DNA of 63,018 bases, filler included, from Aduncisulcus paluster (taxonomy: Eukaryota), in NCBI GenBank assembly GCA_024181965.1. It is 7 parts of 7 records of this genome, joined end to end, with 100 filler letters (N's around TTAATTAATTAA, not from the genome) between each part and the next. Parts side by side here need not be neighbours in the genome. Positions count along the whole stretch, not along the records: positions 1 to 21,972 come from BQXS01011157.1; positions 22,073 to 31,288 come from BQXS01011158.1; 5 more parts are not named here. One strand, 5' to 3'. Made by a program: the position numbers and the translations under genes. The notes beneath the pieces are model-generated. The model had not been told where the DNA came from and searched no databases. It saw nothing but the letters and a program-made list of their open reading frames with translations. Shown here piece by piece: positions 11,687-23,058 of the stretch (position 1 is the stretch's first letter; each line of letters begins with the position of its first letter).

Positions 11687-12473
11687 ATGAGAGCAGTGAG
11701 ATTAAAACGCGCCAGAGCCAATATTAAAGCTAAACGTGAGACATCGTCGAGATTAGAGTTAGAACAAGTATGTACAGTTAGTATTGTGTACAATTTAATT
11801 ATTTCTCTCAATATTTTTCTCTCATCATTATCATATTACCTCGTAGATGGAATTATTGTGTAAGAATTTGAAATCGGCCCTAGAAAAGCATACAAGAAAT
11901 CCAAATGTTGCTAAAATGATTAAAAAAAACCCAGAGTTACGTTCCAAATTTTGTTCACTCTGTTATGCTGTTGGAATTGATCCAGTTTCTTTGAAATCTG
12001 GTTATTTGAAAGCTCTTGGTCTTGGTGATTTTTATGGTTTTCTTTCATCTAGAGTTGCAACTATGTGCGCTGTAACTGCCGAACGTACAGGTGGAATCAT
12101 TCCTCTCCCAGTTCTTGTTGAAAAATTGAACAAAGGTCAATCTGATATTGTTACAGAGGAAGATGTTGAAAGATGTATCGAAAAGCTCAAGATATTTGAA
12201 AGTGGACTTGATATTATAACACATCCTGGTTCAAGTGTAAAGTTGGTTCAATCAATTCCTCGAGAGATTTCAGGTGATCATTCTCTATTTATTTCTCAAT
12301 GTGAAGCTAAAAAGATAAATCATGGAACCATTGAAACGTTTTGTTCTATTCTGGGATGGGATAAGACAAGATGTGAGAGGGTTATTAACGAAATGATGCA
12401 AAATGGAGATTTGATGCTTGATTCCGTTCCTTCCCATCCTGATAATTATTGGATCATGGCCCTTTCAATGTGA
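11687..12473 (+). CDS. SNF8: ESCRT-II subunit Vps22/SNF8/EAP30; join(11687..11767,11847..12473)
   Basis: IKKNPELRSKF..C..GIDP, LGLGDFY, GGII, EEDVERCIEKL, VQSIPRE, LGWDK.R and terminal YW. A 79-nt GTATGT..CGTAG intron joins an upstream basic exon in frame. Confidence 0.9.
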
Positions 12474-12643
12474 TAACTACGTTTCAAAGACCCTTTGTTC
12501 ATTTATATTTAATTTTTAATATCACGTCCGACGTGAGTCACGTCACGTCGACGGTCATGATCTGAGAATAAATTTCACCCTTAATAGAAATTATATCAGG
12601 CTGATTTTTCCCATTTTCTCAAGTTTTATCATTTTCAATTCCA

Positions 12644-15060
12644 ATGAGATTCAATATCACAAAGTTTGTCTTGTTGGATTTTGACAGCTCCACAATGTCC
12701 AAGCAACCAAACCTCATAATATATGGACCAAATAATTGTAAAAAACGCGAATTATTATGCAAATGTCTACAATTATCGTATTCTGGGAAGAAATTCTCTT
12801 CTGGAATCAGCGGAATTAAATTCTCTGTTTATGATAAACACAAAACATTAACAATCCCAATTCATGTAATTGATTGTATGTATTGATTTATATTCCCGTC
12901 TATATTTTCCCAATTCCATTATTTCTGGGGTTCTAAACAAGTTCAATTGTTCATTTTTTTTCTTTATTCTGTTTATTTTTAGCAAGTATTCCTTTCCAAA
13001 TTGTATCAAAATACCTTGATAAAGCATCCGCAATTATATTTTGCTATAATTCTGGCCTCCCTTTGACCATTGAAACATTTTCGTCTTTCCATAAAATTTT
13101 AAAATATCTGTCGCCAGAATCACACTTTCCAACAATGTGCATTGGCTATTCTGCAGAATCTATTCATTCTGAAAATGAGAAAAAATTTAAGAGCCTTTGT
13201 AAAGAGCATGGAATTGGAGATATTCTTCACAGTTCCCTTTCCCTCCATGATACCTGCAATATTGCGGTATTTGAACCAATAATTCGAAGTATTATTCATA
13301 AAGTACTTGCGGAAGAAAGTTTTTCTTTTGATCTTGATCATTGTTTTTGTGACCCCTTATATTTGGTTTCTCCTCGTATGTCATGTTCTTTTATTCACTG
13401 TGAAAATGTAGAAAACGACCAATTTGATGATATTATTTCCATGTATCGATCTTGTAAGCATTCAAAGTGCTCTAGATCTTCATTAATGACTGAGGATTAT
13501 TTTCTTGTGAGGCACGTTTCCATAGGAATGCAATTTTTAGAAAAAACATCCAAATCCCCATTACACCATATAAAAGGCATTTATGTCCATGGAAAACATC
13601 TTATTTTTGATGAAATAATGGATAAAAATCCAGATTTTAAAGATTTTGAAGAATTGACTTTTCCTTTGTTTCCTCTTTCGTTTGCTTATGTATTTATTTA
13701 CTCTGTCCATTCAGCCAAATCCCTTGTTAATGCGATAAAAATAATGCGTGAATTTGTTAAAAGACCAAAAATGTTTAAAGCTTCTTTCCATCTTCTTGGT
13801 ATTCAGAATTTTGGCATATCCAATGTTAATATGTATGCCGAACTCTTTTGCAACTCATTTAATAATCCTCAATGCCATGTTTCCCATGAAATGATCAACA
13901 TTTCTTCTGTTGACCAAATGGTACCATTTTTTGAAAAAATTGTTCAATATAATTTTTCACAGGACAATGCCGTTGATCTTAAAGATTTAAATCGTCTTAT
14001 GAAATCAGATACATCCGACTTTGAAGAGGCAAAAAGTTCTCCATTGCCTATAATCCCACCATTACCCTCTCCTTCAACCAAATGTTTGAAATCTATTCCT
14101 GAGCTTCATATTCTTCATGATACCACTGAAGACCATAGAAAATTCCTCTTATCATCCCAAGAAGCCCTTTCAAAATACATCCAACATCGTGGCTGCTCTA
14201 TCCCATCTCTCATAATTTCTCCCCAAGTTCCTCTTGTTGCTTGGGGAACTCTTCCCACGCTCTTAGATTCCTACCTGCCTTATCTCGATGAACACACGTG
14301 TCATATTCCTAGCAGCAATATTGAAGCTTTCACAACGCATCCCCTCGACAGTGACATTTTTCTACCCTACAAATCCTCCTATTTGGAGAAATACTCTCCT
14401 CATTACATTCCACTGGATCATCCGATCGATATTTCTTTCCATTCACAAGGAAATCCGGCTACTTGTACGGTCGATTTTATCTGTGTAACATTTTCTTGCT
14501 TACAAAAATTAGAAGAAAAGTATCAGATCCAAAAATCAAGTAACGTTGTCGTTTTTTGTTACGATGAACAAAAGAAGGTCTGTTCTGAGACAATATTTGC
14601 CATTAAGAATATTGTTTCTGGATTTTGTTCCACTTTTCTTTTTCCTTTGCACACCGATTCCGAAAAAAAAATCCACCATATTCGACTCGAATTTTACTCA
14701 TTCTCATCTAACATTCTTCTGAGGAATATTTGTATGTTTTACAAGGACCAATTACCACAATCATCAGCCATTTCTGTGCCTGAAGGAATAGATTCCAAAT
14801 TTGATGTATCTTTCCCATTTCTCCAAACCTTCAACTCAACCATTGATGATCAAGCAAGAAAGCTTCTGCAAAATAAGCGTAAAATCATGGAATTGCAAAC
14901 CATGATTGTTCAAGCCCGCAAGCAAATTGATGCTCTAAAAAAAGAATGTTCAGGTCTTGAAAGCCGCTTTCCAAGTCGAGAAGAAAAAGAAAAAACAATT
15001 ATCCAAAAAGAAGTCAAGTTGTTGGAGAAAAAATTATTGGAAAAGATGTACCAAAAATAG
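12644..15060 (+). CDS. Hypothetical protein with two degenerate Ras-like domains and a C-terminal coiled coil; join(12644..12875,12983..15060)
   Basis: A phase-1 intron 12876-12982 (GTATGT..TTTTAG) links the two track ORFs in frame. Alternative start ATG 12695. Confidence 0.65.
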
Positions 15061-15472
15061 ACATTAATAGAGATAGACATTTATTCTATTGGATTAATAG
15101 AAATATTAAGAACATTCTTGATCAAGAAAGAAAATCAGAGGTATAAACAGAAAAATATAATATTAGTATTAATATCGGTAAGATTTAAAATTGAAGTTTA
15201 AAATAGAATGTCTGAGAAAGTCTGATGTCAGGGATTATTTTGTAAAGTTTAAACAATATAAAATATATATATATATAAGGAATCTAAACAAAACAAAATA
15301 AATGTTAGTAATCACAAGAACCAAAAGCCTTTTGGCCCATCGCGAAAAAACGAAGGAAAAACGCAATATTGTGCTAAAACTTAGCTAAAAATAGATATGA
15401 CCAGAGAAAATAGTAAAATAGGTATCTTGAATGATATCAAAATACCTAAGGATGAGCGATTTATACTATTCA

Positions 15473-15503
<31 letters not shown>

Positions 15504-15507
15504 GGAA

Positions 15508-16494
15508 TCATAGACCTTGTGTTTCTAAATGAGATTGTAGATTCATAAATATTGTGCATTGCTTGCTAAGGGGAAGAGATTTGATAGAATCCATCAAGAA
15601 TTCACATTTTGCATCTTCCTCCTCACGACTTTCATCAACTTCACGAGCTGTAAAATCCCGAGCACTCCGAGGAGTCATTCCAAGTGACGATTCCTTCCCC
15701 ACATCGGCATCAATACGAGAAGAAGACCGAGCACTGCTGCATGGGGTCAACGAGATAGAAGCAACTGAACGGGAAGACAAACGGGGTGACGAACCCGAGG
15801 ATCCTTGAAAAGGCATAGAGAATGCTGGAATAACAAGTTCATCAATAGACTGTGAGGATGCCGATGGATTGGGGGGAGGCTGCCCGAGACTCGATACAGA
15901 AGATAATGTTCGGCCAGCAGGACATTGAGATGAAACTTGTTGGGGGGGAAATATGTGCTGAATAGAGCTCTGTGTTGAATGTGGGTGAGAAAAATGAGAA
16001 GATGACCCAGTAGGTTTTATACTGGTGTATGATGGAGGAAATGATGTAGGATATTGATAATATTCATCAGACGAACATTGTGTTACTAAAGCAGGAGCGT
16101 AAGAGGAAAATTGTGCCTTCGTTGGCACCCCAGAAGAAGAAACAGGAAAATAAACTGAAGGGTGTGTAGAAGATCCACAAGACATTGAAATACCACCATT
16201 GCCACCAATTGAAGGGTGTTGATATATTGAACTGGTATCACATGAAGAAGGACGGAGTATTTTACCTTGCATTGCAGGATTTTTAGCTAACTCAGCACCA
16301 AGTCGTTGTTTATGCAATCTATACCCATGAAATCCTTTTAATGCCGCTTCTTGTTGTTCTACTGTGGCATAATCAATGAAACAATACTTATTCTTTGGTT
16401 TTTTGGATAATCTAACTACTGTTCCAAATTTGCTGGCTATTGCCATGATATCACTCTTTGTTGTTTCAGGAGCAAATCCATGAACAAAAATCAT
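15508..16494 (-). CDS. RRM RNA-binding protein with Ser/Pro-rich tail
   Basis: RNP2 IFVHGF, RNP1 KYCFIDY and ..L.AELAK; an in-frame TAA lies just upstream of ATG 16494. Confidence 0.85.
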   Translation of the reverse strand: MIFVHGFAPETTKSDIMAIASKFGTVVRLSKKPKNKYCFIDYATVEQQEAALKGFHGYRLHKQRLGAELAKNPAMQGKILRPSSCDTSSIYQHPSIGGNGGISMSCGSSTHPSVYFPVSSSGVPTKAQFSSYAPALVTQCSSDEYYQYPTSFPPSYTSIKPTGSSSHFSHPHSTQSSIQHIFPPQQVSSQCPAGRTLSSVSSLGQPPPNPSASSQSIDELVIPAFSMPFQGSSGSSPRLSSRSVASISLTPCSSARSSSRIDADVGKESSLGMTPRSARDFTAREVDESREEEDAKCEFLMDSIKSLPLSKQCTIFMNLQSHLETQGL

Positions 16495-16654
16495 TTTTTA
16501 AGCTTCTATCGCTTCGAAGAAAAGCCGAGTTATTATTCGATTCGGGAGGGTTATTGAAATGCCCAATGACACATAAGATTAATCCTTTTATCCATAAAAA
16601 TGAAATATATTCCATTATTTTTATCCTAAATCATCAAACATCTATGTTTATCTA

Positions 16655-16775
16655 CAGGGGTGTACATCTGGCGGTCACTTGAAATTGTAAAATGCAGCCA
16701 CTTGGCAGCCAAAAAATTGAAAAATGCAGCCAAATTTCTCGTTGGCAGCCAGCGGCTGCAAGATGTACATCCCTG
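16655..16775. mobile_element. 121-bp MITE, hAT-type
   Basis: TIRs CAGGGGTGTACATCT / AGATGTACATCCCTG (14/15 match). Exact 8-bp TSD TTTATCTA at 16647-16654 and 16776-16783. Internal GCAGCC repeats. Confidence 0.88.
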
Positions 16776-16981
16776 TTTATCTAACTGGCAACATATTTTG
16801 AAAGAAATATATTTTGTGGCAAATTATTGTGTGCCTGTCAGAGTACATGGTATAATAACATTTATATAAATAAATTTGACCTCCCCTCCGATTTTAGGCT
16901 ATTGTCGTCAACATCTTTTGTATTCAAGTTTCTGTCCTATTTATTTTCTAAGATTTGAATTAAACAGTTTCTTTTAACATT

Positions 16982-18004
16982 ATGTGCGAATTTAGTTTTA
17001 CATTTGCAGAGATTATGGGAGAGAAACCTGAAGCTCCCAAATCCAAACGAGTTATTGCCTTATCAAAGGCTCAACAGCAAGGAAAGCTTCTAAATCTTGA
17101 AGAAACGAAATATTCGGTCGATAAAACTTGTCTTGAGAGAGCTTCTGCCCTTGATTTCAACCGTTTCTTATGTATTGCCAGACCACAATACAAATATTCT
17201 TGTGGATTATCTTCTCTTGTTAGTGTATGGAATTATTTGTTTTCTACAATTTCAGGTAAAACTCAACCAGTTATGACTCAAGAAGAGGCTTTAACAATTC
17301 TTGGATTTCCTCCACCATTCTCCACCATTCGTTTTGGTCCATTCACTGGTAATGCCACCCTTATCCGTTGGTTTGGCATGTTGTGTAAATCCCGTGGAGT
17401 TCGTGGAAAATCTGGATATCTATTTAAGAAATATGGAAAACATAAAACTGGAATTACGCCTTCCCATGCTCTCAGTAACTTATGTACTGCTCTTTCCTCC
17501 CCAAATGTTGGTGTAATATATCATTTGAGGAACCATTATGATGTTCCCATTGGTTTTCATTGCACTCCAGAGAAGCCTTGTTCAGCTTATAAGGGACTTG
17601 ATGAGAGTGAATTTCCTCCCTGTATTTCGAAAGGAACCTGGATATTTATTGGAGATCCTTCAAGAGGTACACAACCTATTCGATCCCTGAGATGGTCGTT
17701 TATTGTCAAGGATCTCACGTCATCGCCTCCATATTTTTACGACGCTAGACACCCTGAAAAGGGCCAGTTGGAATTCAAAAAAAGTGAAGTACCACCACAA
17801 GACACCGGAAAAGAGATACCAAAAGAAGATACTGATAAAGAAGATACAAAGAGTGAAGATCATGAATCTGAACCATCATGCTTTGATGAATTATCCGAAG
17901 ACGAAGACTCCGAGAAGAAACCCAAGAAAAAGAAGCCAAGGAATATCCATTGTTTATTATATTTCACGAGCGATGAATCTCTTTCATTTTCAGAGGGTAT
18001 ATAA
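16982..18004 (+). CDS. BIVM: BIVM (basic immunoglobulin-like variable motif) family protein
   Basis: CIARPQYKYSCGLSSLVSVWNYLFS, TQEEALTILGFPPPF..IRFGPFTGNATLIRWF, YH..NHY..PIGF and NIHCLL. True start may be ATG 17015. Confidence 0.88.
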   Translation: MCEFSFTFAEIMGEKPEAPKSKRVIALSKAQQQGKLLNLEETKYSVDKTCLERASALDFNRFLCIARPQYKYSCGLSSLVSVWNYLFSTISGKTQPVMTQEEALTILGFPPPFSTIRFGPFTGNATLIRWFGMLCKSRGVRGKSGYLFKKYGKHKTGITPSHALSNLCTALSSPNVGVIYHLRNHYDVPIGFHCTPEKPCSAYKGLDESEFPPCISKGTWIFIGDPSRGTQPIRSLRWSFIVKDLTSSPPYFYDARHPEKGQLEFKKSEVPPQDTGKEIPKEDTDKEDTKSEDHESEPSCFDELSEDEDSEKKPKKKKPRNIHCLLYFTSDESLSFSEGI

Positions 18005-18034
18005 GCATTAGGTTATATAACCTAATATTAAGTA

Positions 18035-20439
18035 CTATTCTGCACTTTCCTGAATTATTTTTGTGATTTGTCTTAATGGAATCACAAGATAGAAACATTT
18101 TTTCGCTGTCATTTCGTTTAAAAACTCGATAATTGCCATCCGAATGTTAACCATATCCCCGATCGATTCTTTTGGCAGCTTTCGATATTTTAACAAACAC
18201 AAACAAGTGAGTAGCAATAAAGAAAATCCAATAAAATGCGCAATATCATCAATAAGAATCCCCTTGACCTTGACCTTTTCGATTGATAAGGCAAGATGAA
18301 TTAACATAGAGGCGGCTGAAAAGGGAAGAAACGAGGTAATTGAATAAGATTTATCCACAGTCCTTCTACTTAACTCCCGAAGTTTCTCAGAAATTCTATG
18401 AATAGAAAATAAACTAAAATCATCACCCCATTCCTTGAATGTATCAAAATCAGAAAAATTGTTCGGAATAAAATAATTATTTTTGAAGAGTGATGGCATT
18501 GAACAATATATGGAATTGTCAGAAGGAGAAATATGGACCATGGCATAACATAATGTAGTGAACAAATGGAACATATATGATTGAATTGGAATCAAAAAGT
18601 TTGCTGGAATAGCTTTGTAGCCCATCAAAATGCTATAATACAGATGGAATGGAATAATGGAGCCAATGTTGGGTATTCTAGAATCACCTTCATGTGCATA
18701 TCCGCTTTCAGAGTCACTTTTGTCAGATTGCGTGGAAGGTAAATATGGCGAATAATATCTATTTTTATCACGTTTTGAGAACCTACTCAATACCAAACAT
18801 TCATGCAGTATTTGTGGCAACCCAATCGAATTATCACATTTATCAACCTCAATTGTATCAATTTCCTTTTCTTCTTTGCAACTCGAAATACAATGCTCAA
18901 TCATCAAATTTAGAGTTTTGGCAATTTTTTTGGCAATTATTTTCTGTTCATTTTTCAAGTTACTCTCTGCCACCTGGTCAATTCCTTCGCTTTTCCCCCT
19001 TCGTTTCAAAGATTTCATTTCGTTTTCCCATTCAAACTTTTCTTTTAGAAATCCTGCCATCGTTTCTCGAAGTTCCATTTCTTTTTCAAACACGTCTTTT
19101 CTCATTTTCCCAAATTGTCCTCCTGTAATCCTATCTTTTCGACATTTGTTGTGGGCTTCTATCAAAAAAATCTCATTTTCTAAGGGAACATAACGAATTC
19201 CATTAAAATATACTGATTTACGTGGACGAATTGCCCTCATAATAGAAATAACCATTGGAAAATACACATCTTCAACAACAAGTGGATAATCTAGCTTCAA
19301 ACATTGCCCAGCAAGTACGATTGCAAGAAGTCCTGCTGGAGTTGAGTTTGCCCATAATGAATAATGATACAAACTTTTAAAGAGAGAAGTGAATGATACT
19401 TGTTCCGACTGAAATTTGGAGCTTCTTCGTGTCTTCTCCTTTGTGGCAACAACTTCCCGAATAAGGTCTCTCACAACCCCCTCAGTATGAACTATTTTTG
19501 TCCGCCGTGAGAAGATTCCTCCTTCCAACAGGGGTGTATCATATCCGGATGCACATACACTAGCACTTTCTTCCTCGACTTTCTTAACTCCGACACGATC
19601 TAAGCGCAAAATTACATTGGAGAGATTAATACTTGGGTCCAGACATTGTTTAATAAAAAGAGATAGAGAATCTTGATGAGAGCTGTCATGATTCGCAAAT
19701 AAATGGAATAAACACACAAGATAATTTTCCAAATTTATAGATCCAGTCTTAAATTGCTTTGGATAGTCCTTTGAAACTCCAAGATCTGTTGATTGACTGA
19801 TAGTCTTGGATCTGCATAAAGTGCGATAAATCCTCTCTAAATCACCAAAATACTCACAATCATTGAAGAAAGAAACGACTCTTTGGGAAGCAATCCAAGA
19901 ATAAAGAGGTAATATACGAGATTGTGGCATTTTACGAAAAGAGAAACAAGAATCATAGCGTTTTGGATCTTCTACTTTGGAAATCGGAGAATAAATGCCT
20001 CCAAGATAAGTAGAAAGCATTGCAAAACTATTGATGGGATTCATAAGTTGAAGAGAAGAAGGAGAGAAAGATAGGGAAATGGCATGACTGGGAATAGGGA
20101 GACACAGTGAGATTTGATGAAATAATGGCAACAAAGAAAGCTCTACAGATGCGATTTGACAAGCTTTTGTCGATAAAGACTCAGAAGGGAGGAAAACAAC
20201 ACTTTCTAATATAGCACGAATGAGAGTATCTCTAATTGAATCATTTTGAATAGCACAGCAATCTAAAAGTCTATAGACTTGATCAACTATTCATAAAAAC
20301 CGTCGAAACCCCAGAAAAATAAAAATTTGTTAAGAATCATAAAATACAAAAAATAAATATTAAATAACCTACAGGTTTCACTAGTCTCTTCAAAGTTATC
20401 GAAATTATTGATACTTAAAAAACTGACTATACTATGCAT
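18035..20439 (-). CDS. Hypothetical protein with a probable short 5' exon (20439..20373)
   Basis: The frame stays open upstream of the track start to ~20290. Putative exon 1 MHSIVSFLS..ETSET is followed by GTAGGT, with phase-compatible AG acceptors. No recognisable domain. Confidence 0.55.
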
Positions 20440-20488
20440 CAAAGAAAAAGAAGTTCATTTATTAATCAGAAAAAATGTAAGTATTATC

Positions 20489-21106
20489 TTACAAAATAAG
20501 GCAACAACGGTTAACTTTATGGGCTTGAATAGCAAATCTCCTTGCAGATTCGGAAAGATCACCAGATCTAGCAATGAGATCTTCCAATTTCTCCCCACGA
20601 GCAAGAACAGAGTTTAGATTCTCAACCATTTGAATCCTTGTTTCTTCCAAATCTCTTTCAATCATACTGAGTTTATCAGCTTGCACCGCATCTTGATATT
20701 TTTCCATATAATCCTTCAAATACTTCGTAAATCCACAATTATTTTTATCGATATCACAGGTCGCTGTTTCCCAAACTGGAAGAGCATAATCCTGAAAATC
20801 CTTTTGAAGTTTTGAAATCACACTGTGAGCAGCTCTGGATGGATAATCTTGAGTAGTAACCAAACAAGTGACCAATTGGTTAGGAAGGATGGAAGTATGA
20901 ATCATATAATCCTGATAATTCAGTGAAATTCGCTGGCTTGGTTGTATTCTTTCAGCCATAACTTTTGTACCAAACCTGCATATCTCCTCGGCTTGTTTCT
21001 TAAACATTTTAGCAGCGCCAGAGACTTGAGAAATAATAGCGAGTCGATGAGCTTGAGAACCAGCTCTTTTATAAAAACTTATGGAAACTAATTGGGTTTT
21101 GGCCAT
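20489..21106 (-). CDS. YKT6: Ykt6 longin R-SNARE
   Basis: Longin domain (DYPSRAA), QADKL..I..DLEET, SNARE core LARGEKLEDL, and C-terminal CCLIL prenylation motif with no TM helix. First ATG at 21106. Confidence 0.9.
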   Translation of the reverse strand: MAKTQLVSISFYKRAGSQAHRLAIISQVSGAAKMFKKQAEEICRFGTKVMAERIQPSQRISLNYQDYMIHTSILPNQLVTCLVTTQDYPSRAAHSVISKLQKDFQDYALPVWETATCDIDKNNCGFTKYLKDYMEKYQDAVQADKLSMIERDLEETRIQMVENLNSVLARGEKLEDLIARSGDLSESARRFAIQAHKVNRCCLIL

Positions 21107-21288
21107 TTCTGTGATCAAGAAGCGAAACTGAATGCCAAATTCGTAAAATATCTATTTTTAGAAATACTTATAATATTTTTTTATTATAAATTTTAATAAA
21201 ACTATTTTTTTTAAGAATATAAATGTTTTCAAATTATTCTTTTTCATTTCTATTTTTGGATCTTTAATTATATTACTTATGTTATTGG

Positions 21289-21948
21289 ATGGGTAGTGTA
21301 AGTTCGCGGGTTAAGACGAAGAGAAATGTTAAAAGAAAGGAAGAAAAATCAAAAAAAATGATATCTTCTTTCGTCGATCAAACTGATTTCCAACTTCTTG
21401 CTATTGAGACTCGTAAGGATGAACTTGAGACGCAAGATAAGCGTCTTATGAAAGAAATAGCGTCTTTAAAGGCCGAAGCGAAAAAACTGGGCGGTAAAGA
21501 TCCAAAAACACGTTCCATTATCACGCGCTATGTGAAACGGGAAAAGACCCGGAAGATCTGTATCCATGCTATTGAGCAATTGGATGCTATTATTGCGAAA
21601 ATTAAAGAGGCTACCACCCTTGCTGCGCATAAGAAAGTGATGGAACTCGGTACTAGTGAGCTTGAGCGTATCTACACCACCGCCCAGCTTGACAAGTTCC
21701 AAGATGTTCTTGACACTGCTCAGGATAAGATTGATGATATTGAAGAAGTCCGAGAAATGTTTATGGAAAGTGGCATTGACGTTGCAGGGATTGATGATGA
21801 GATTGACCAGGAATTGGCAGATATGATGGTCGGCACCATCGATATGCCAGATGCCCCCACACACGCGCCTGTGCTCAGAGATTCTGTAGAATATTCAGAA
21901 TCATCGGAAAAACTTGCTCCGACCCGCGAGACAGTCCCACTCATTTAA
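21289..21948 (+). CDS. Snf7-family ESCRT-III protein (Vps20/CHMP6-like)
   Basis: MGxxxS myristoylation-type start, basic N-half, acidic C-half with DDEIDQELA and MPDAPTH. Confidence 0.75.
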   Translation: MGSVSSRVKTKRNVKRKEEKSKKMISSFVDQTDFQLLAIETRKDELETQDKRLMKEIASLKAEAKKLGGKDPKTRSIITRYVKREKTRKICIHAIEQLDAIIAKIKEATTLAAHKKVMELGTSELERIYTTAQLDKFQDVLDTAQDKIDDIEEVREMFMESGIDVAGIDDEIDQELADMMVGTIDMPDAPTHAPVLRDSVEYSESSEKLAPTRETVPLI

Positions 21949-21972
21949 CCATAACCACGCAATGTCCTGCAA

Positions 21973-22072
21973 NNNNNNNNNNNNNNNNNNNNNNNNNNNN
22001 NNNNNNNNNNNNNNNNTTAATTAATTAANNNNNNNNNNNNNNNNNNNNNNNNNNNNNNNNNNNNNNNNNNNN
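21973..22072. other. Artificial contig linker (N-TTAATTAATTAA-N); others at 31289-31388, 38228-38327, 42790-42889, 46845-46944, 59066-59165
   Basis: Six identical 100-nt spacers with a core that gives stop codons in all frames. Confidence 0.97.
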
Positions 22073-22445
22073 TTGTGCTTCCAGTTACCTGCCAACTTGC
22101 CAGCCTCCTTCAGGGGGTCATTTATGCCATAGGAGAACTCGAGAGGGCTCAGGGGGTTGCCTTGGGGGACTCCTCTTGCTGGAATAAACAAATCCTCAGC
22201 GGTAGCAAGGTAACGGTCTGCCACATTTGAGTATACGCGTTGTTTCAGCTCTCTACTAACGGGTAAGGCCTCTAATCCATCCGCCACTGTGTCAAGATGT
22301 AAGTTGTCAAACGCTCCTTTAATGTCGCATAGCAGAAGATAGCAATTTTGATTCGTTCTGCGTGCAACTTCTGTGGCCATGTGAACTACGTTGATTGCAT
22401 AAGCAGCCCCATCTTTGACACCCACTCCAAATTGAGATTTGTAGA
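22073..22445 (-). mobile_element. 5'-truncated non-LTR retrotransposon reverse transcriptase fragment (CRE/SLACS-like)
   Basis: QFGVGVKDG, LLCDIKGAFDNL and RGVPQGNPLSPLEF; runs into the contig end before the YxDD motif. Confidence 0.85.
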
Positions 22446-22615
22446 CCTTGAAACGCACTAATTGTAAAAGAAATATTGAAAAATTTTGTATGTCATATTT
22501 TTTCGTTAGTTAGATATTAACTTCTTGTCAATCCATAATCACTGTTTTATTCACTGGTTCTCTTGCTGGCTGTTCTTTTTGTTCTTGTCGTCATTTCCTC
22601 CTTGAAACGCACTAA
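22446..22615. repeat. 16-bp direct repeat CCTTGAAACGCACTAA (22446-22461, 22600-22615) bracketing 138 bp
   Basis: Exact match read from the sequence; one copy abuts the start of RT homology. Confidence 0.85.
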
Positions 22616-22703
22616 AGGTTGATGATTGTGGTGGTATTCTTTGTTTAAATTATCATATTATTTTTAATATTGTTCGTGTTCTCATCAGACATTTTAGAAC
22701 ACA

Positions 22704-23058
22704 ATGGATCCAAAACAAAGCTCAGAACATAGATTCAAGAAGTTAAACCAGAGTTTATTCATGAAGGTGATTTATCTTGCTATGTTGTTATCAAAACCAT
22801 AATAGGACCAAGGGAAAAGGTGACAAAGGCTATGATCAGAGTTCTTAAGCACAAAAGATGATGAAAGGAGAGCGCAATTGGGGAAAATTTACCGATATCT
22901 CCCTTCCTTTCTCCACATCTACTCCCATTAAAGGTGCTTATATTTGTATTGTTGTTTTGTTTGTTGTTTTTTTTCGTATCCATAATTCCTTCGGAAGGAT
23001 TCCTTTCCGGAAAATTTTCTTTTCAACTAATGTAGTTTTTCTTATGAGTTATGGATAA
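22704..23058 (+). pseudogene. Frameshifted remnant of a lineage-expanded protein family
   Basis: VKPEFIHEGD and AQKMMKGE..FTDISLPFSTSTPIKGAYICI lie in different frames. Family recognised from recall only. Confidence 0.5.

Noticed and set aside
15472-15500. 29-nt A run as a possible retro-insertion tail
   Set aside because: It is poly-T on the sense strand just after the RRM stop codon; no TSD or element body is visible.
20290-20296. In-frame TGA upstream of the 18035 ORF as a possible selenocysteine codon
   Set aside because: Falls inside a plausible GT-AG intron; no redox motif or SECIS recognised.
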